From Eubacteriales bacterium (GTDB lineage Bacteria; Bacillota; Clostridia; Oscillospirales; CAG-382): a stretch of DNA of 64,000 bases. Below, in pieces: positions 1-9,071 of the stretch; the stretch's first letter is position 1; each line of letters starts with the position of its first letter. The notes beneath the pieces are model-generated. The model saw only the letters and a list, made by a program, of their open reading frames with translations. It was not told where the DNA came from and searched no databases. The translations under genes were made by a program, and so were the position numbers. Location: positions 11,364-75,363 of the forward strand of contig JAZKZH010000023.1 of the NCBI GenBank assembly GCA_045612545.1, read 5' to 3'.

Positions 1-230
1 CCGGGATGGATCTGCTCCACGCCTATGCTTTCTATCTCATGACCAACGGCAGGAATGGCACCCGTGCCGAGGCGGTAAACAAGGGCAATCTGGAAAGAAG
101 CGCCCCTGCCCTGGGAGAGGGCAGCACCGAGCCTGCCTTCACCCGCGAGGAAGTGGAAAAAATGTCCCAGAAGGATGTGAAGAGTAATTTTAAAAACATT
201 CTTCGCTCTATGAAGAAGTGGAAGATGTAA
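1..230 (+). CDS. phage protein, C-terminal fragment (possible scaffolding protein), open at left window edge
   Basis: Frame of ORF 6..230 has no stop back to base 1. K/E-rich tail. Lies directly 5' of the capsid gene (positional inference only). Confidence 0.3.
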   Translation, partial: GMDLLHAYAFYLMTNGRNGTRAEAVNKGNLERSAPALGEGSTEPAFTREEVEKMSQKDVKSNFKNILRSMKKWKM

Positions 231-292
231 TCGCTTCGCTCTCCCGCAAGCGACGTCAATTTATTTTATCATATAAAAAGGAGTAATCAACA

Positions 293-1114
293 ATGGCAAA
301 TTACAACAGCATTGAAAAGATCATCAGCGCAGAGATCGTTCGCACCAACGAGGACAACCTGTTGGCCAATACCATCTGCAATACCGCCTTCGTGGGCGAT
401 ATCAAGAGCAAGGGGGATTCCGTTACCTTCATCGGTCTCAACGATCCCGCCGTGTATGACTACGACGGCAGTCTTACCTACGAGGACATCGACGATCACG
501 CCACCACGCTGTACGTGGATCAGGACAAGGCCTTCTCCTTTAAGGTGAAGGATATTGAGGAGCTTCGTTCCTCCATCGGTCTTGCGGACAGCCAGACCAA
601 GAGAGCCAGCTATCTGTTGCGCAATCAGGTGGACACCTACGTGTTCGGTCTGTACGGCGATGCAGGCGTGACCATGGATGAGGTTGAGGTCACTCCCGAA
701 AACGTTTTGGCCGTGGTCACTGCCATGAAGCAGAAGCTGGAGGAGGCGAACGTTCCCGACGGCAGAACCTGGATCGTGGTGCCTCCCTTCATCAAGTCTA
801 AGCTGCTTCTGGCGGGCATTAAGTTCCAGATCAACAACGGCGTCAACGGCACCGGCGCGGTAGGCTTTACCGATGAGCTGGGCTGTGACGTGTACGTTTC
901 CAACCAGCTTTCCGCTAAGGATGGCAAGACCATGATGCTGGCAGGCTCCTATTCTGCTATCGCCTACGCAGAGCAGGTGCTGGAGACCCAGGTCATCGAC
1001 CGCATGGAGGGCTCCTTCGACAAGGCGGTAAGAGGCCGTTTGGTGTTCGGCGCCAAGGTTATCAAGCCCGAAGAACTGGTTTGCTGTCCCGTTGCAGACG
1101 GCGCCAACGTATAA
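293..1114 (+). CDS. phage major capsid protein (putative, small HK97-fold type)
   Basis: 273-aa ORF with an AAAAGGAG RBS upstream and no TM or signal peptide. First of a tightly packed co-oriented structural block. Family call is from recollection of similar gut-phage capsids and is unverified. Confidence 0.55.
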   Translation: MANYNSIEKIISAEIVRTNEDNLLANTICNTAFVGDIKSKGDSVTFIGLNDPAVYDYDGSLTYEDIDDHATTLYVDQDKAFSFKVKDIEELRSSIGLADSQTKRASYLLRNQVDTYVFGLYGDAGVTMDEVEVTPENVLAVVTAMKQKLEEANVPDGRTWIVVPPFIKSKLLLAGIKFQINNGVNGTGAVGFTDELGCDVYVSNQLSAKDGKTMMLAGSYSAIAYAEQVLETQVIDRMEGSFDKAVRGRLVFGAKVIKPEELVCCPVADGANV

Positions 1115-1144
1115 CGCAATACATTTTGAAAGGAGACATCAAGC

Positions 1145-1495
1145 ATGACTTTGAACGCAACCTATCTCAGCAAGAACTTCGCCGCCTCTCAGGTGGTATT
1201 CACTACTGTAAACCAGGCGGAATGTACCGTGGATCTCACCGATTGCAAGGAGGAGCCCATTCTGCTGGTGGATACCTCCGCCTGCGCAGGTGACGTGACC
1301 GTTACCATGGAATCCGGTGAGTATGCCTTTGCAAGAGCCATCTCTCCCATTACCCTCCCTGCAGGGGGTGTGGTAATGCTCCCCATTTCCACCGGCGAGG
1401 TGATGCAGGCAGACGGTTGTCTGCACCTCACCTTCGGCAACTTCAGCGGTGCCACTGCCGCCGTTCTGAAGAAGCGTTACGTTACCAATCATTGA
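1145..1495 (+). CDS. phage hypothetical protein (head-associated by position)
   Basis: 116-aa ORF with a GAAAGGAGA RBS, 30 nt after the capsid stop, same strand. Confidence 0.45.
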   Translation: MTLNATYLSKNFAASQVVFTTVNQAECTVDLTDCKEEPILLVDTSACAGDVTVTMESGEYAFARAISPITLPAGGVVMLPISTGEVMQADGCLHLTFGNFSGATAAVLKKRYVTNH

Positions 1496-1557
1496 TTGCG
1501 AGGAAGAGGGGCGGGCTTAACAGCCTGCCCCTTGCCCGGTGAAAGGAGGAAAAAAGG

Positions 1558-1953
1558 TTGAAGGCACAGGAAATTTTTGAACAGGCGATGGATCTTTGCG
1601 CCCTGCGGGGAAGCGATGGGGACGGGGAGGCCATCTTGCCCAAGGATACGGATGACCTTGGGGTGCGTGCCGTGGGAATTCTGAACGTGCTGATGGGAGA
1701 GCTGCACTCTTTGGAGGAGCGCCTTACGGGGAAGAAACGCCCCTACGCCCGCATTTACGGGTTGGAGGAGACGGTGGATCTGTGCGAGGGTATTTGCCGT
1801 TGCGTATTGCCCTACCGCTTGGCGGCTCTTTTGGTGGCAGAGGAGGATAGGGAGCTTTCCGATCTGTTGCGCCATCACGCCGCGGAGGCGACTAAGGGGC
1901 TGTTGGCGGACGGTGCTTCCCGCGTCCATTCTATTCTGGAGGTGTACCAATGA
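1558..1953 (+). CDS. phage hypothetical protein (possible head-tail adaptor), TTG start
   Basis: 131-aa helical ORF with AGGAGG 7 nt upstream of TTG. Its stop overlaps the next start (ATGA). Confidence 0.4.
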   Translation: MKAQEIFEQAMDLCALRGSDGDGEAILPKDTDDLGVRAVGILNVLMGELHSLEERLTGKKRPYARIYGLEETVDLCEGICRCVLPYRLAALLVAEEDRELSDLLRHHAAEATKGLLADGASRVHSILEVYQ

Positions 1954-3656
1954 AGGAACGGATGACGGTGACGGAGTTTTACGGCTTGGACGAACGGCAG
2001 GTGTTTTCCCGGGATCTTTCCCGTTCGCCTGATATGCGCAACTTCAAGGTCACCGAAAACCGCACGCTGCAGAAGCGGCCGGGGATCTCCACGGCGTTTA
2101 CGGCTCCCGACACGGTCACGGGACTTTGGAGCGGCTACCTGAACGGTAAGCAGTATCTGCTTTACACCGCCGCCGGCGTGCTGTACATGGTGGAGGGGGA
2201 CAGTGAGATCGCGATGCCGGTGGGAAACGTCTGCGAGGGAAGGCATTCCATGTTTTCCTTCGCCGGCAAGGTATATATCAAAAACGAAAACGGCTATTAT
2301 AGCTTTGACGGTAAAACGGTGAAGACGGTGGAGGGCTACGTTCCGCTGGTGGCCATCGGTTGCTCCCCTCAGGGAGGCGGCAGTCATTTTGAGGACGTGA
2401 ATATGCTTACCTCCAAGCGGAGAGTCCGTTTTTCCTGCGATGGAGAGGCAACCACCTTCCAATTGCCGGAAAAGCACTTGGAGAGCATCTATCTCGTCAC
2501 CCTGGATAGGATCTTGTATCCCAACGCCTTTACCGCAGATCTTGCCGCAGGAACCGTCACCCTGTCGGAGGCGCCGGAGGAGGGGCTGAACAATCTGGAG
2601 ATCACCTACGACGTGGGCAAAAACCGCAGGGACGTGATCCTGAAGGCGAAGGGCGTTATGCTCTTCGGCGGGGATACGGACGGACACGTATTTCTGTGGG
2701 GGAACGAGGAGTATCCCGCTTACCGCTTCCATTCGGAGCTGGCGGACGGTCAGCCCTCGGCGGAATATTTCCCCGAAAACAACTACACGGTGATCGGAAG
2801 CTCTCCCATCATGGACATCATTTCCCAGTATGACCGCCAGCTCATCTTTACCAAGGAACGGGCGTATTACTCCTACTGTCAGCTTCTCACCGGGGTGGAC
2901 GGGCATCTGTACTCCTCCTTTCCGGTATACAACCTGAACGGCGAAAAGGGCAGCTTGCTTGCGGGGTGCGGCTGTATCATGAACAACGAGCCTGTGACCC
3001 TATGTGCCGACGGATTGAACAGCTGGCGATCCACCGCGGTGGAAAACGAAAAAAACGCCGTTTGCTTCTCTGCCCCGGTGGGGAAGACCCTGAAGCGGGT
3101 GCTGGCCTCGGGAGATGTGGAGCATCTGCGGCTGTTCAACCATCGCGCTGCAGGGGAATTGTATTTGGTCTGCGAGGATCTGGCGTTGATCTACAACTAT
3201 CCCTTGGGGGTGTGGTACGCTTACGATCACTTCCGCGCAGACTTTATGGGAGAGTTCGGTGGGAAGCTGTATTTCACCTACGAGAATCGGATCATGTATC
3301 TTGATCCCGACATTGCGTGGGATTCGGACAGTCTCATCACCGCCTATTGGGAATCCCCCATGACCCCTTTGCGGTGGGACGGCAAGCAAAAGCGGCTGAC
3401 GGAGATGGGGCTGGAGCTGTACGGTGCAGGAGATCTTGTGCTGGACGTGCTTTACGGAGAGGATATGGAGCATGGCGTGGTACTGACCCCCAAGCGGGAG
3501 GGAGAGGGTCTTCTGGATCTGCATTTCCGCACGGGAGCGCTACGCTCCTCTCGTTTGGGGGTTCGCTTGCAGGAGCAGGATTACGCTCACAACGAAATTG
3601 TTTCCATGACCTTGGTCTATGGAAGGAAAGGACGATATGAAAGAAACGGAATTTAA
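1950..3656 (+). CDS. phage large structural protein (possible tail hub/nozzle)
   Basis: 568-aa ORF translationally coupled to the preceding gene. Beta-rich repetitive G-x-Y pattern. Function is by position and size only. Confidence 0.45.
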   Translation: MKERMTVTEFYGLDERQVFSRDLSRSPDMRNFKVTENRTLQKRPGISTAFTAPDTVTGLWSGYLNGKQYLLYTAAGVLYMVEGDSEIAMPVGNVCEGRHSMFSFAGKVYIKNENGYYSFDGKTVKTVEGYVPLVAIGCSPQGGGSHFEDVNMLTSKRRVRFSCDGEATTFQLPEKHLESIYLVTLDRILYPNAFTADLAAGTVTLSEAPEEGLNNLEITYDVGKNRRDVILKAKGVMLFGGDTDGHVFLWGNEEYPAYRFHSELADGQPSAEYFPENNYTVIGSSPIMDIISQYDRQLIFTKERAYYSYCQLLTGVDGHLYSSFPVYNLNGEKGSLLAGCGCIMNNEPVTLCADGLNSWRSTAVENEKNAVCFSAPVGKTLKRVLASGDVEHLRLFNHRAAGELYLVCEDLALIYNYPLGVWYAYDHFRADFMGEFGGKLYFTYENRIMYLDPDIAWDSDSLITAYWESPMTPLRWDGKQKRLTEMGLELYGAGDLVLDVLYGEDMEHGVVLTPKREGEGLLDLHFRTGALRSSRLGVRLQEQDYAHNEIVSMTLVYGRKGRYERNGI

Positions 3657-4782
3657 TACCTGGCTTGAGGAAGCCAAAACGGCGCTGGATACCTTTTCTG
3701 CCGGGCAGGAGGAGCTGACTCGTTTGTACGAGGAGGCCAAGGCCAATGCCAAGGCAGAATACGATGCGCAAAAGGAACAGCTGAAGAAGGATACCCAAGC
3801 AAGCAAAAATCAAGCGGTGACAGACACCATGAAGACGGAGCGTGATCTGGACCGTACCCTTGCCTCCCGGGGGCTTGCCTTTTCCGGCGAAAACGCCCAG
3901 ACAGGGCTGGATCTGACGTTGGATCTGCGGGGGAGACTTGCGGAGCTGGATGACAACGAGTCCCGTCGGGCAGGGGAGCTGGAGGCACAGCACAACGATA
4001 CCCAAAACCAATTGTCCATGACCTACAACAAGCAGCGCACCGAGGGGGCAGAAAAGATGGCGGATCTGCTGATGGATATGGCAAACGCAACCATGAAGTA
4101 TTCCGACAGCGATTCTGCTACGGAACCCCAGCCGGAAACGGAGTCTGCCGTGACATCGGAAAACCCTTACGGGATCCCCGTGCCCGATTTTACGGGGATG
4201 AGCTTCTCTCAGCGGGTGCAGGCCATGGCGGAATATACCAAGAAGGTGAATGCCGCCAAGGAGCTGGCGGAAAAGTTTACACCCACCGTTTCCGCTAAGG
4301 AGTTGGCCAAGCAATTGGTCTCCGTGGCGGGGGAAGGCGGTGTGATCAGCACCATTGCACAGCAGGAATCGCTGGAAAAGATTTTGGGCGGGCTGTTGGA
4401 GGCACACGATCTTTCCGATGGGTATTTGGAGGAGCTGATGCTGAACTTGCGCTCTTTGGGTTATCTCCCCAACTACCGCGAGGACGTTTCCTACGGCATG
4501 GAGGATCTGATCAAGCGCTCTGCCGACGCCCGTGACGACTATTACGGTCGTTACTACCGCATTTACCGTTCTGCGGGCTATTCTCCGGAGGAAAGCGATG
4601 CTAAGGCAGGGGAGACCGCTTTGTTCTTGCAGTTCGTATATTTGTACCGCAACAGCAGAACCAAAGAAATGTTTGAGACCGCTATGGGCGAACTGGGCTA
4701 CCGCAAGGAGCTGGACAGCTTCTACGCCGAGATCGCCAAGAAGCCCGATGAGTACGCTCTCGGTTCTTCCTTGGCCAAATAA
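3637..4782 (+). CDS. phage coiled-coil structural/internal virion protein
   Basis: ATG at 3637 is preceded by GGAAGGAAAGGA (alternative ATG at 3619). N-terminal half is K/E/Q-rich coiled coil. Overlaps the end of the upstream gene. Confidence 0.45.
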   Translation: MKETEFNTWLEEAKTALDTFSAGQEELTRLYEEAKANAKAEYDAQKEQLKKDTQASKNQAVTDTMKTERDLDRTLASRGLAFSGENAQTGLDLTLDLRGRLAELDDNESRRAGELEAQHNDTQNQLSMTYNKQRTEGAEKMADLLMDMANATMKYSDSDSATEPQPETESAVTSENPYGIPVPDFTGMSFSQRVQAMAEYTKKVNAAKELAEKFTPTVSAKELAKQLVSVAGEGGVISTIAQQESLEKILGGLLEAHDLSDGYLEELMLNLRSLGYLPNYREDVSYGMEDLIKRSADARDDYYGRYYRIYRSAGYSPEESDAKAGETALFLQFVYLYRNSRTKEMFETAMGELGYRKELDSFYAEIAKKPDEYALGSSLAK

Positions 4783-4797
4783 CGGAAAGGAGCGATT

Positions 4798-5094
4798 ATG
4801 GAACTGATGGAATTTCTCCGCCCCGAGCTGGCGGTTCTGGTTCCCGTGCTGTATCTGCTGGGGACAATTCTGAAAAAAAGTCCTTTGCAGGATTGGCTGA
4901 TTCCCTTTTTGCTTTGCGCCGTGGGGTGTGTGCTGTCCTTTATGTACTTGGCTTCTTTTGGTGTGGGATCTCCCGAGGATTGGCTGACCTTGCTTTATTC
5001 CGCCTTGACCCAAGGGGTGATCTGCACAGCGTGTACCGTTTACGCGCATAATCTTATCAAGCAGGCAAAGGAGGGATCGGGAGGTGAAACGTAA
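4798..5094 (+). CDS. phage holin (LL-H/Hol44-like family)
   Basis: 98 aa with an AAAGGAG RBS and multiple TM helices. N-terminus MELMEFLRPELAVLVPVLYLLGTILKK and C-terminal basic tail resemble the Firmicutes phage holin family. Confidence 0.65.
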   Translation: MELMEFLRPELAVLVPVLYLLGTILKKSPLQDWLIPFLLCAVGCVLSFMYLASFGVGSPEDWLTLLYSALTQGVICTACTVYAHNLIKQAKEGSGGET

Positions 5095-5118
5095 AGCAAT
5101 TGATCTGTCCGGCGTAAA

Positions 5119-5436
5119 ATGACGGCACAGCTTTATGAGCTTTTGGCGGTGATCTTCTCCTCGGCGGGGGTGTTGGGAACAGTGCTTTCCGCCGTGCTGG
5201 CGTGGATGCTCCGCCGTGCGAAAAAGGACGCGGAGCAAAAGCGAAAAGAGCGGATCGCCATGGAACTTTTCCGTTTGGAGGGAGAAGAACTGCTTTCCGC
5301 CTTGGTGCTTGCTTTGGTACAGGGCGGGAGGGAAAACGACCCCGCCTTGGAAACGGCGGCCAAAGCCTACGAGGAGCATTGGGAAAAGCGTAAGCATTTC
5401 TGCAACGAATTGCTCAGTAACCACGCTTTTTTATAG
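5119..5436 (+). CDS. small N-terminally anchored membrane protein (lysis-cassette accessory?)
   Basis: 105 aa with one N-terminal TM, then [14 protein letters not shown] and a helical tail. Immediately follows the holin. Confidence 0.4.
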   Translation: MTAQLYELLAVIFSSAGVLGTVLSAVLAWMLRRAKKDAEQKRKERIAMELFRLEGEELLSALVLALVQGGRENDPALETAAKAYEEHWEKRKHFCNELLSNHAFL

Positions 5437-5461
5437 GAAATATATTGCGAAAATGCCCCTC

Positions 5462-5490
5462 TTGACTTTTGGTGGAAAGTGCGGTATAGT
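5462..5490 (+). promoter_or_regulatory. sigma-70-type promoter TTGACT-N17-TATAGT
   Basis: -35 at 5462-5467, exact 17-nt spacer, -10 at 5485-5490. Lies inside the long ORF 5216..8443, which argues for a downstream start. Confidence 0.5.
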
Positions 5491-5530
5491 ATATTTAAGA
5501 AAGAACATTTTTGTGGAAGAAGGCGATTTT

Positions 5531-8443
5531 TTGAAAAATAAGCTTTTGATTGGATTGATTTTTTGCGTACTTCTTTGCCTTTTGGCTTCCTGCACCGAAC
5601 ATCCGGAGGTAAGTGAACCTGCTGTATCTTTGGATGTTTCGGGGGAGATATCCCGGGGAGGGGAAGTCTCCTTGCCTGTTTCCGAAAGCTTGGACGAAAG
5701 TAAGCCTGAGGTAAGTGAACCCGAAGTAAGCGAACCTGAGGTAAGTGAACCCGAGGTAAGTGAACCCGAAGTAAGTGAACCCGAAGTAAGCGAACCCGAA
5801 GTAAGTGAACCTGAGGTAAGTGAACCCGAGGTAAGTGAACCTGAGGTAAGTGAACCCGAGGTAAGTGAACCCGAGGTCAGCGAGCCCGAGATCAGTGAGC
5901 CCGAGATCAGCGAGCCGGAAACGGTATTTGCGGAGAACGTAGAGATCTCCTCTTCCAAGGAAGAACTGTATCCCGGCGAAACTGCCACCCTCACCGTTAC
6001 GGTGACCCCCGAGGAAGCCACCGACAAGAGCGTGATTTGGGAAATCGACTCCGGCAGTGAATACGCTACTCTCTCTGCCGACGGTGTGCTCACCGCCAAG
6101 GCGGCAGGCACCGTGGTGGTCAAGGTCACCACCAAGGATGGCTCCGACATATCCGCATTCTATACGATTACTGTGAAGGCTGTTCCCGCTTCCTCTATCA
6201 CCATCAGCGGTGACAAGGAAGTGACGGCGGGCGGCCGGATCACCCTCACTGCCACCGTGAAGCCGGAGGAGGCTGACAAGGGCGTGGTTTGGTCTGTCGA
6301 ATCCGGCAGTCAGTATGCTTCCATCTCTGCAGATGGTGTTCTCACCGCAGTCGCTCCCGGTGAAGTGGTGGTCAAGGCCACCGCAAAGGACGGCTCCGGG
6401 GTTTCTGCAACCTATACCATTACCGTGAAGCCTATCCTTGTTTCCTCCATTACCATCAGCGGTGACAAGGAGGTCAAGGTAGGAAACAAGATCACCCTCT
6501 CTGCTACCGTGAAGCCGGATAACGCCGCCAACAAGGGCGTGACTTGGTCGATTTCCTCCGGCAGCAGCTACGCTTCCATTTCCTCCGACGGCGTATTGAC
6601 CGCTAAGAAGGCGGGAACCGTTACCGTCAAGGCCACCGCCAAGGACGGCTCCGGGGTATCCGCCACCTATACCGTCACCGTGAAGCCTGTTCTCGTTTCC
6701 TCCATCACCATCAGCGGTGACAAGGAGGTGAAGGAGGGTGACAAGATCACCCTGACTGCCACGGTGAAGCCGGATAACGCAGGGAACAAGGCTGTAACCT
6801 GGTCTATCCAGTCCGGCAGCAGCTACGCTTCCATTTCCTCCGACGGCGTATTGACCGCCAAGAAGGCGGGAACCGTTACCGTCAAGGCCGCCGCCAAGGA
6901 CGGCTCCGGGGTATCCGCTACTTATACCGTCACCGTGAAATCCGCCGCCCTGTGGTCGGGAAGCGGTACGCAAAAGGATCCCTACCTTATCACCTGTCTG
7001 GAGGATCTGATGAATCTGCAGAAGGTGGTGGATAAGCAGGGCTACTACTTCAAGCAGGTTGCGGACATCGATTGCTCCTCCGTGGCAACCTGGATCGTGA
7101 TCGGCGATTGGGACAACCCCTTCCGCCATCATTACGACGGCGGCGGATATACCATCTCCAACATTTGCTACGATGGCGAGGCTCAAAGCTTGTTCTCTCA
7201 GGTGGAAGGATCCCATTTCAAGAACATGAACATCGTCAATGCCCACACGAAGGATAATCACCGTACCGAAGAAAATCGTACCGATAAGCAGCCCGGTAGC
7301 GGCGAGTCCACCGCTGCCATCGTGGGCTACGGCAGCGGTTGCTCCTTTGAGAACTGCACCGCGGTGGTGAACTTCCAAAGCTCCAATTCCACCACCGGCG
7401 GCTTGATCGGCGGCGTTACGTTGGAAAACAAGGAATACGTCCTGATGAAGAATTGCCACATCAGCGGCACCATTACCGGTGGCGGCACCGTCGGCGGCTT
7501 GATCGGCAACATCGGAAAATACATGGCAGACGGCGACTATTCTCCCGCAGAAACCATCACCATTGAGAACTGCTCTGCTGACGTGGAGATCATCATCTTC
7601 ACCTCCAGCACAGAGACTCCCTGCGTAGGCGGTCTGATCGGTGAATCCTTTGGCGTCAAGATCGAGAAATGTCATGCCACGGGTTCGATCAACGTAATTG
7701 ACGGTGATATCGGCGGCCTCGTGGGCAATGCCGGCAACTATACGGATATCCTCCGTTGCTATGCAAGCGTAGATATTTATGCTTCCAGCGATGATCACTA
7801 CGGTGGTGTCAGCATCGGCGGCTTGATCGGTCATATTTACTCCCGCAGTGACGTGATCGACTGTTACGCCACCGGCAATATCACCGCACCTTACGTAGAG
7901 TGGAGCCCCTGTCAGGACAGCACCAACAAGAACGGCGGTCCTTGGCGCAGATATTACAATCCCTGCGGCTCCTTGATCGGTTGCTTGGAGGTGTTCACGG
8001 CATACAGCGAGGATCAGAAGATCACCGTCTATAACTGCTACGCCACCGGCATCGTGGACGTACCCAATATCTGCGAGGATAAGCGTGTCTACTGCCATGG
8101 CGCACTCATCGGCCTTGTGCTTGACCGCAACACCGTGTTCAGCTACAACATCAAGGATCCTAACAAGAAGGAGCTGACCAGCTGGGACGACTTCAAGGAG
8201 TACTACATCGGTCACTTCGGGGATAATTACAACCTGGAGGATCTGCGTACCTACTACGAACCCATCAACGAGTATCAAGGCTCAAATGTTCTCGGTTTGC
8301 AGAATCCTAAGTACAGAGTATTGCCCACCCACGATTACGTGGAGATCATCACGGAAGCACAGCTTTTGGATCAATCCACTTTTGAAGGCTGGGATTTTGA
8401 GAACGTTTGGGTCATGACCGAGGACGGACCCAAGCTGAGATAA
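5531..8443 (+). CDS. cell-surface lipoprotein: PEVSE-repeat linker, 4 x Big_2 (bacterial Ig-like) domains, GLUG-motif C-terminal domain
   Basis: TTG at 5531 follows GGAAGAAGG and gives [21 protein letters not shown] (lipobox LLAS-C). There are four ~85-aa repeats of the form [32 protein letters not shown]...G.V.VKAT.KDGSG. The C-terminal part has many GGLIG (GLUG-like) motifs. The exact start is uncertain (5453, 5513 or 5531). Confidence 0.7.
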   Translation: MKNKLLIGLIFCVLLCLLASCTEHPEVSEPAVSLDVSGEISRGGEVSLPVSESLDESKPEVSEPEVSEPEVSEPEVSEPEVSEPEVSEPEVSEPEVSEPEVSEPEVSEPEVSEPEVSEPEISEPEISEPETVFAENVEISSSKEELYPGETATLTVTVTPEEATDKSVIWEIDSGSEYATLSADGVLTAKAAGTVVVKVTTKDGSDISAFYTITVKAVPASSITISGDKEVTAGGRITLTATVKPEEADKGVVWSVESGSQYASISADGVLTAVAPGEVVVKATAKDGSGVSATYTITVKPILVSSITISGDKEVKVGNKITLSATVKPDNAANKGVTWSISSGSSYASISSDGVLTAKKAGTVTVKATAKDGSGVSATYTVTVKPVLVSSITISGDKEVKEGDKITLTATVKPDNAGNKAVTWSIQSGSSYASISSDGVLTAKKAGTVTVKAAAKDGSGVSATYTVTVKSAALWSGSGTQKDPYLITCLEDLMNLQKVVDKQGYYFKQVADIDCSSVATWIVIGDWDNPFRHHYDGGGYTISNICYDGEAQSLFSQVEGSHFKNMNIVNAHTKDNHRTEENRTDKQPGSGESTAAIVGYGSGCSFENCTAVVNFQSSNSTTGGLIGGVTLENKEYVLMKNCHISGTITGGGTVGGLIGNIGKYMADGDYSPAETITIENCSADVEIIIFTSSTETPCVGGLIGESFGVKIEKCHATGSINVIDGDIGGLVGNAGNYTDILRCYASVDIYASSDDHYGGVSIGGLIGHIYSRSDVIDCYATGNITAPYVEWSPCQDSTNKNGGPWRRYYNPCGSLIGCLEVFTAYSEDQKITVYNCYATGIVDVPNICEDKRVYCHGALIGLVLDRNTVFSYNIKDPNKKELTSWDDFKEYYIGHFGDNYNLEDLRTYYEPINEYQGSNVLGLQNPKYRVLPTHDYVEIITEAQLLDQSTFEGWDFENVWVMTEDGPKLR
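5705..5914 (+). repeat. 14 tandem 15-bp units (CCYGARGTMAGYGAR) encoding (PEVSE)12(PEISE)2
   Basis: Counted unit by unit in the sequence. In frame within the lipoprotein gene. Confidence 0.95.
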
Positions 8444-8457
8444 AAAGCAATACAAAC

Positions 8458-8489
8458 AAAGGAGCCTTCTGCGGAAGGCTTCCTTTTTT
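8458..8489 (+). terminator. rho-independent terminator
   Basis: GGAGCCTTC-TGCG-GAAGGCTTCC stem-loop followed by TTTTTT, 15 nt after the stop. Confidence 0.75.
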
Positions 8490-8492
8490 CTC

Positions 8493-8521
8493 TTGAAATG
8501 TTCATATCTTTGTGGTACAAT
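8493..8521 (+). promoter_or_regulatory. promoter TTGAAA-N17-TACAAT
   Basis: -35 at 8493-8498, 17-nt spacer, -10 at 8516-8521, upstream of the 8554 gene. Confidence 0.5.
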
Positions 8522-8553
8522 AAGGAAAATCAAAGAGCAAAGGAAAATTTGTT

Positions 8554-9054
8554 ATGCAAAACATTTGGAAGAAATATTGGCCGCTTTGCAGTTTGGGTAT
8601 TTTACTGCTGGTGGTGGGATTGGTGTTTTTGATCTATACCATGCGTTCCACTCCGGAGAAGGCGGTGGAGGGCTACATCCGCGCCTCCCTGGAGTATGAC
8701 GTAGACGGGCTTTTGGAGTATGCCTCGGAATACCAGCTGACCTCCTTGATGGGGAATACCAAGGTGGATATGGATACCCTACGGAAGTCTCTGACCGTGG
8801 CGTATAACCAGGCGGCGGAATACCGCGAGGAGGGCGACATTGAGTTCTTCACCGAGGAGCCGATTTTGGTTGCCCACGGCTCCGATCAGTACAATGAGCT
8901 GTTGGAGCGTTACGCCGTGCGAGGCACACCCGAGGACGTGGATGAAATGGCCATTGTGGCAGGTGTGTATTACATCGACGGAGTTCTTGCCAAGTCCTAT
9001 CGAGTGGTGGCGGTGAATTGCGGCGGTACGTGGTATTACGGCTTTATTGAGTGA
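8554..9054 (+). CDS. membrane-anchored hypothetical protein
   Basis: 166 aa with one N-terminal TM (WPLCSLGILLLVVGLVFLIY) and a soluble alpha+beta C-terminal part. No family recognised. Confidence 0.5.
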   Translation: MQNIWKKYWPLCSLGILLLVVGLVFLIYTMRSTPEKAVEGYIRASLEYDVDGLLEYASEYQLTSLMGNTKVDMDTLRKSLTVAYNQAAEYREEGDIEFFTEEPILVAHGSDQYNELLERYAVRGTPEDVDEMAIVAGVYYIDGVLAKSYRVVAVNCGGTWYYGFIE

Positions 9055-9071
9055 AAGATGGAGGGTTTGAT

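Noticed and set aside
5216-5530. N-terminal extension of the lipoprotein ORF. Comparable extensions occur at 57240..57338, 23009..23206, 14175..14414, 38524..38580 and 46171..46350.
   Set aside because: The extensions overlap upstream genes or contain the gene's own promoter. The downstream starts have an RBS and give proper signal peptides or canonical N-termini.
5705-5914. A CRISPR array was considered for the regular tandem repeats here and at 28714..28785 and 36222..36312.
   Set aside because: The units are 6-15 bp, contiguous with no spacers, and in frame inside coding sequences. No cas genes are in the window.
5495-8278. 927-aa antisense ORF opposite the Big_2/GLUG lipoprotein gene. 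Similar long mirror ORFs occur at 59066..61942 (+), 34809..37151 (+), 20609..22690 (+), 3337..5424 (-), 31015..32658 (+) and 18145..19710 (+).
   Set aside because: All lie antisense to genes with clear family motifs. Their translations are G/V/A/R-rich and low in complexity, they have no RBS, and such stop-free antisense frames are expected in GC-rich DNA.
5531-8443. A diversity-generating retroelement target was considered (Ig-like surface protein next to a phage).
   Set aside because: No reverse transcriptase gene and no template/variable repeat pair with adenine-specific mismatches are visible in the window.
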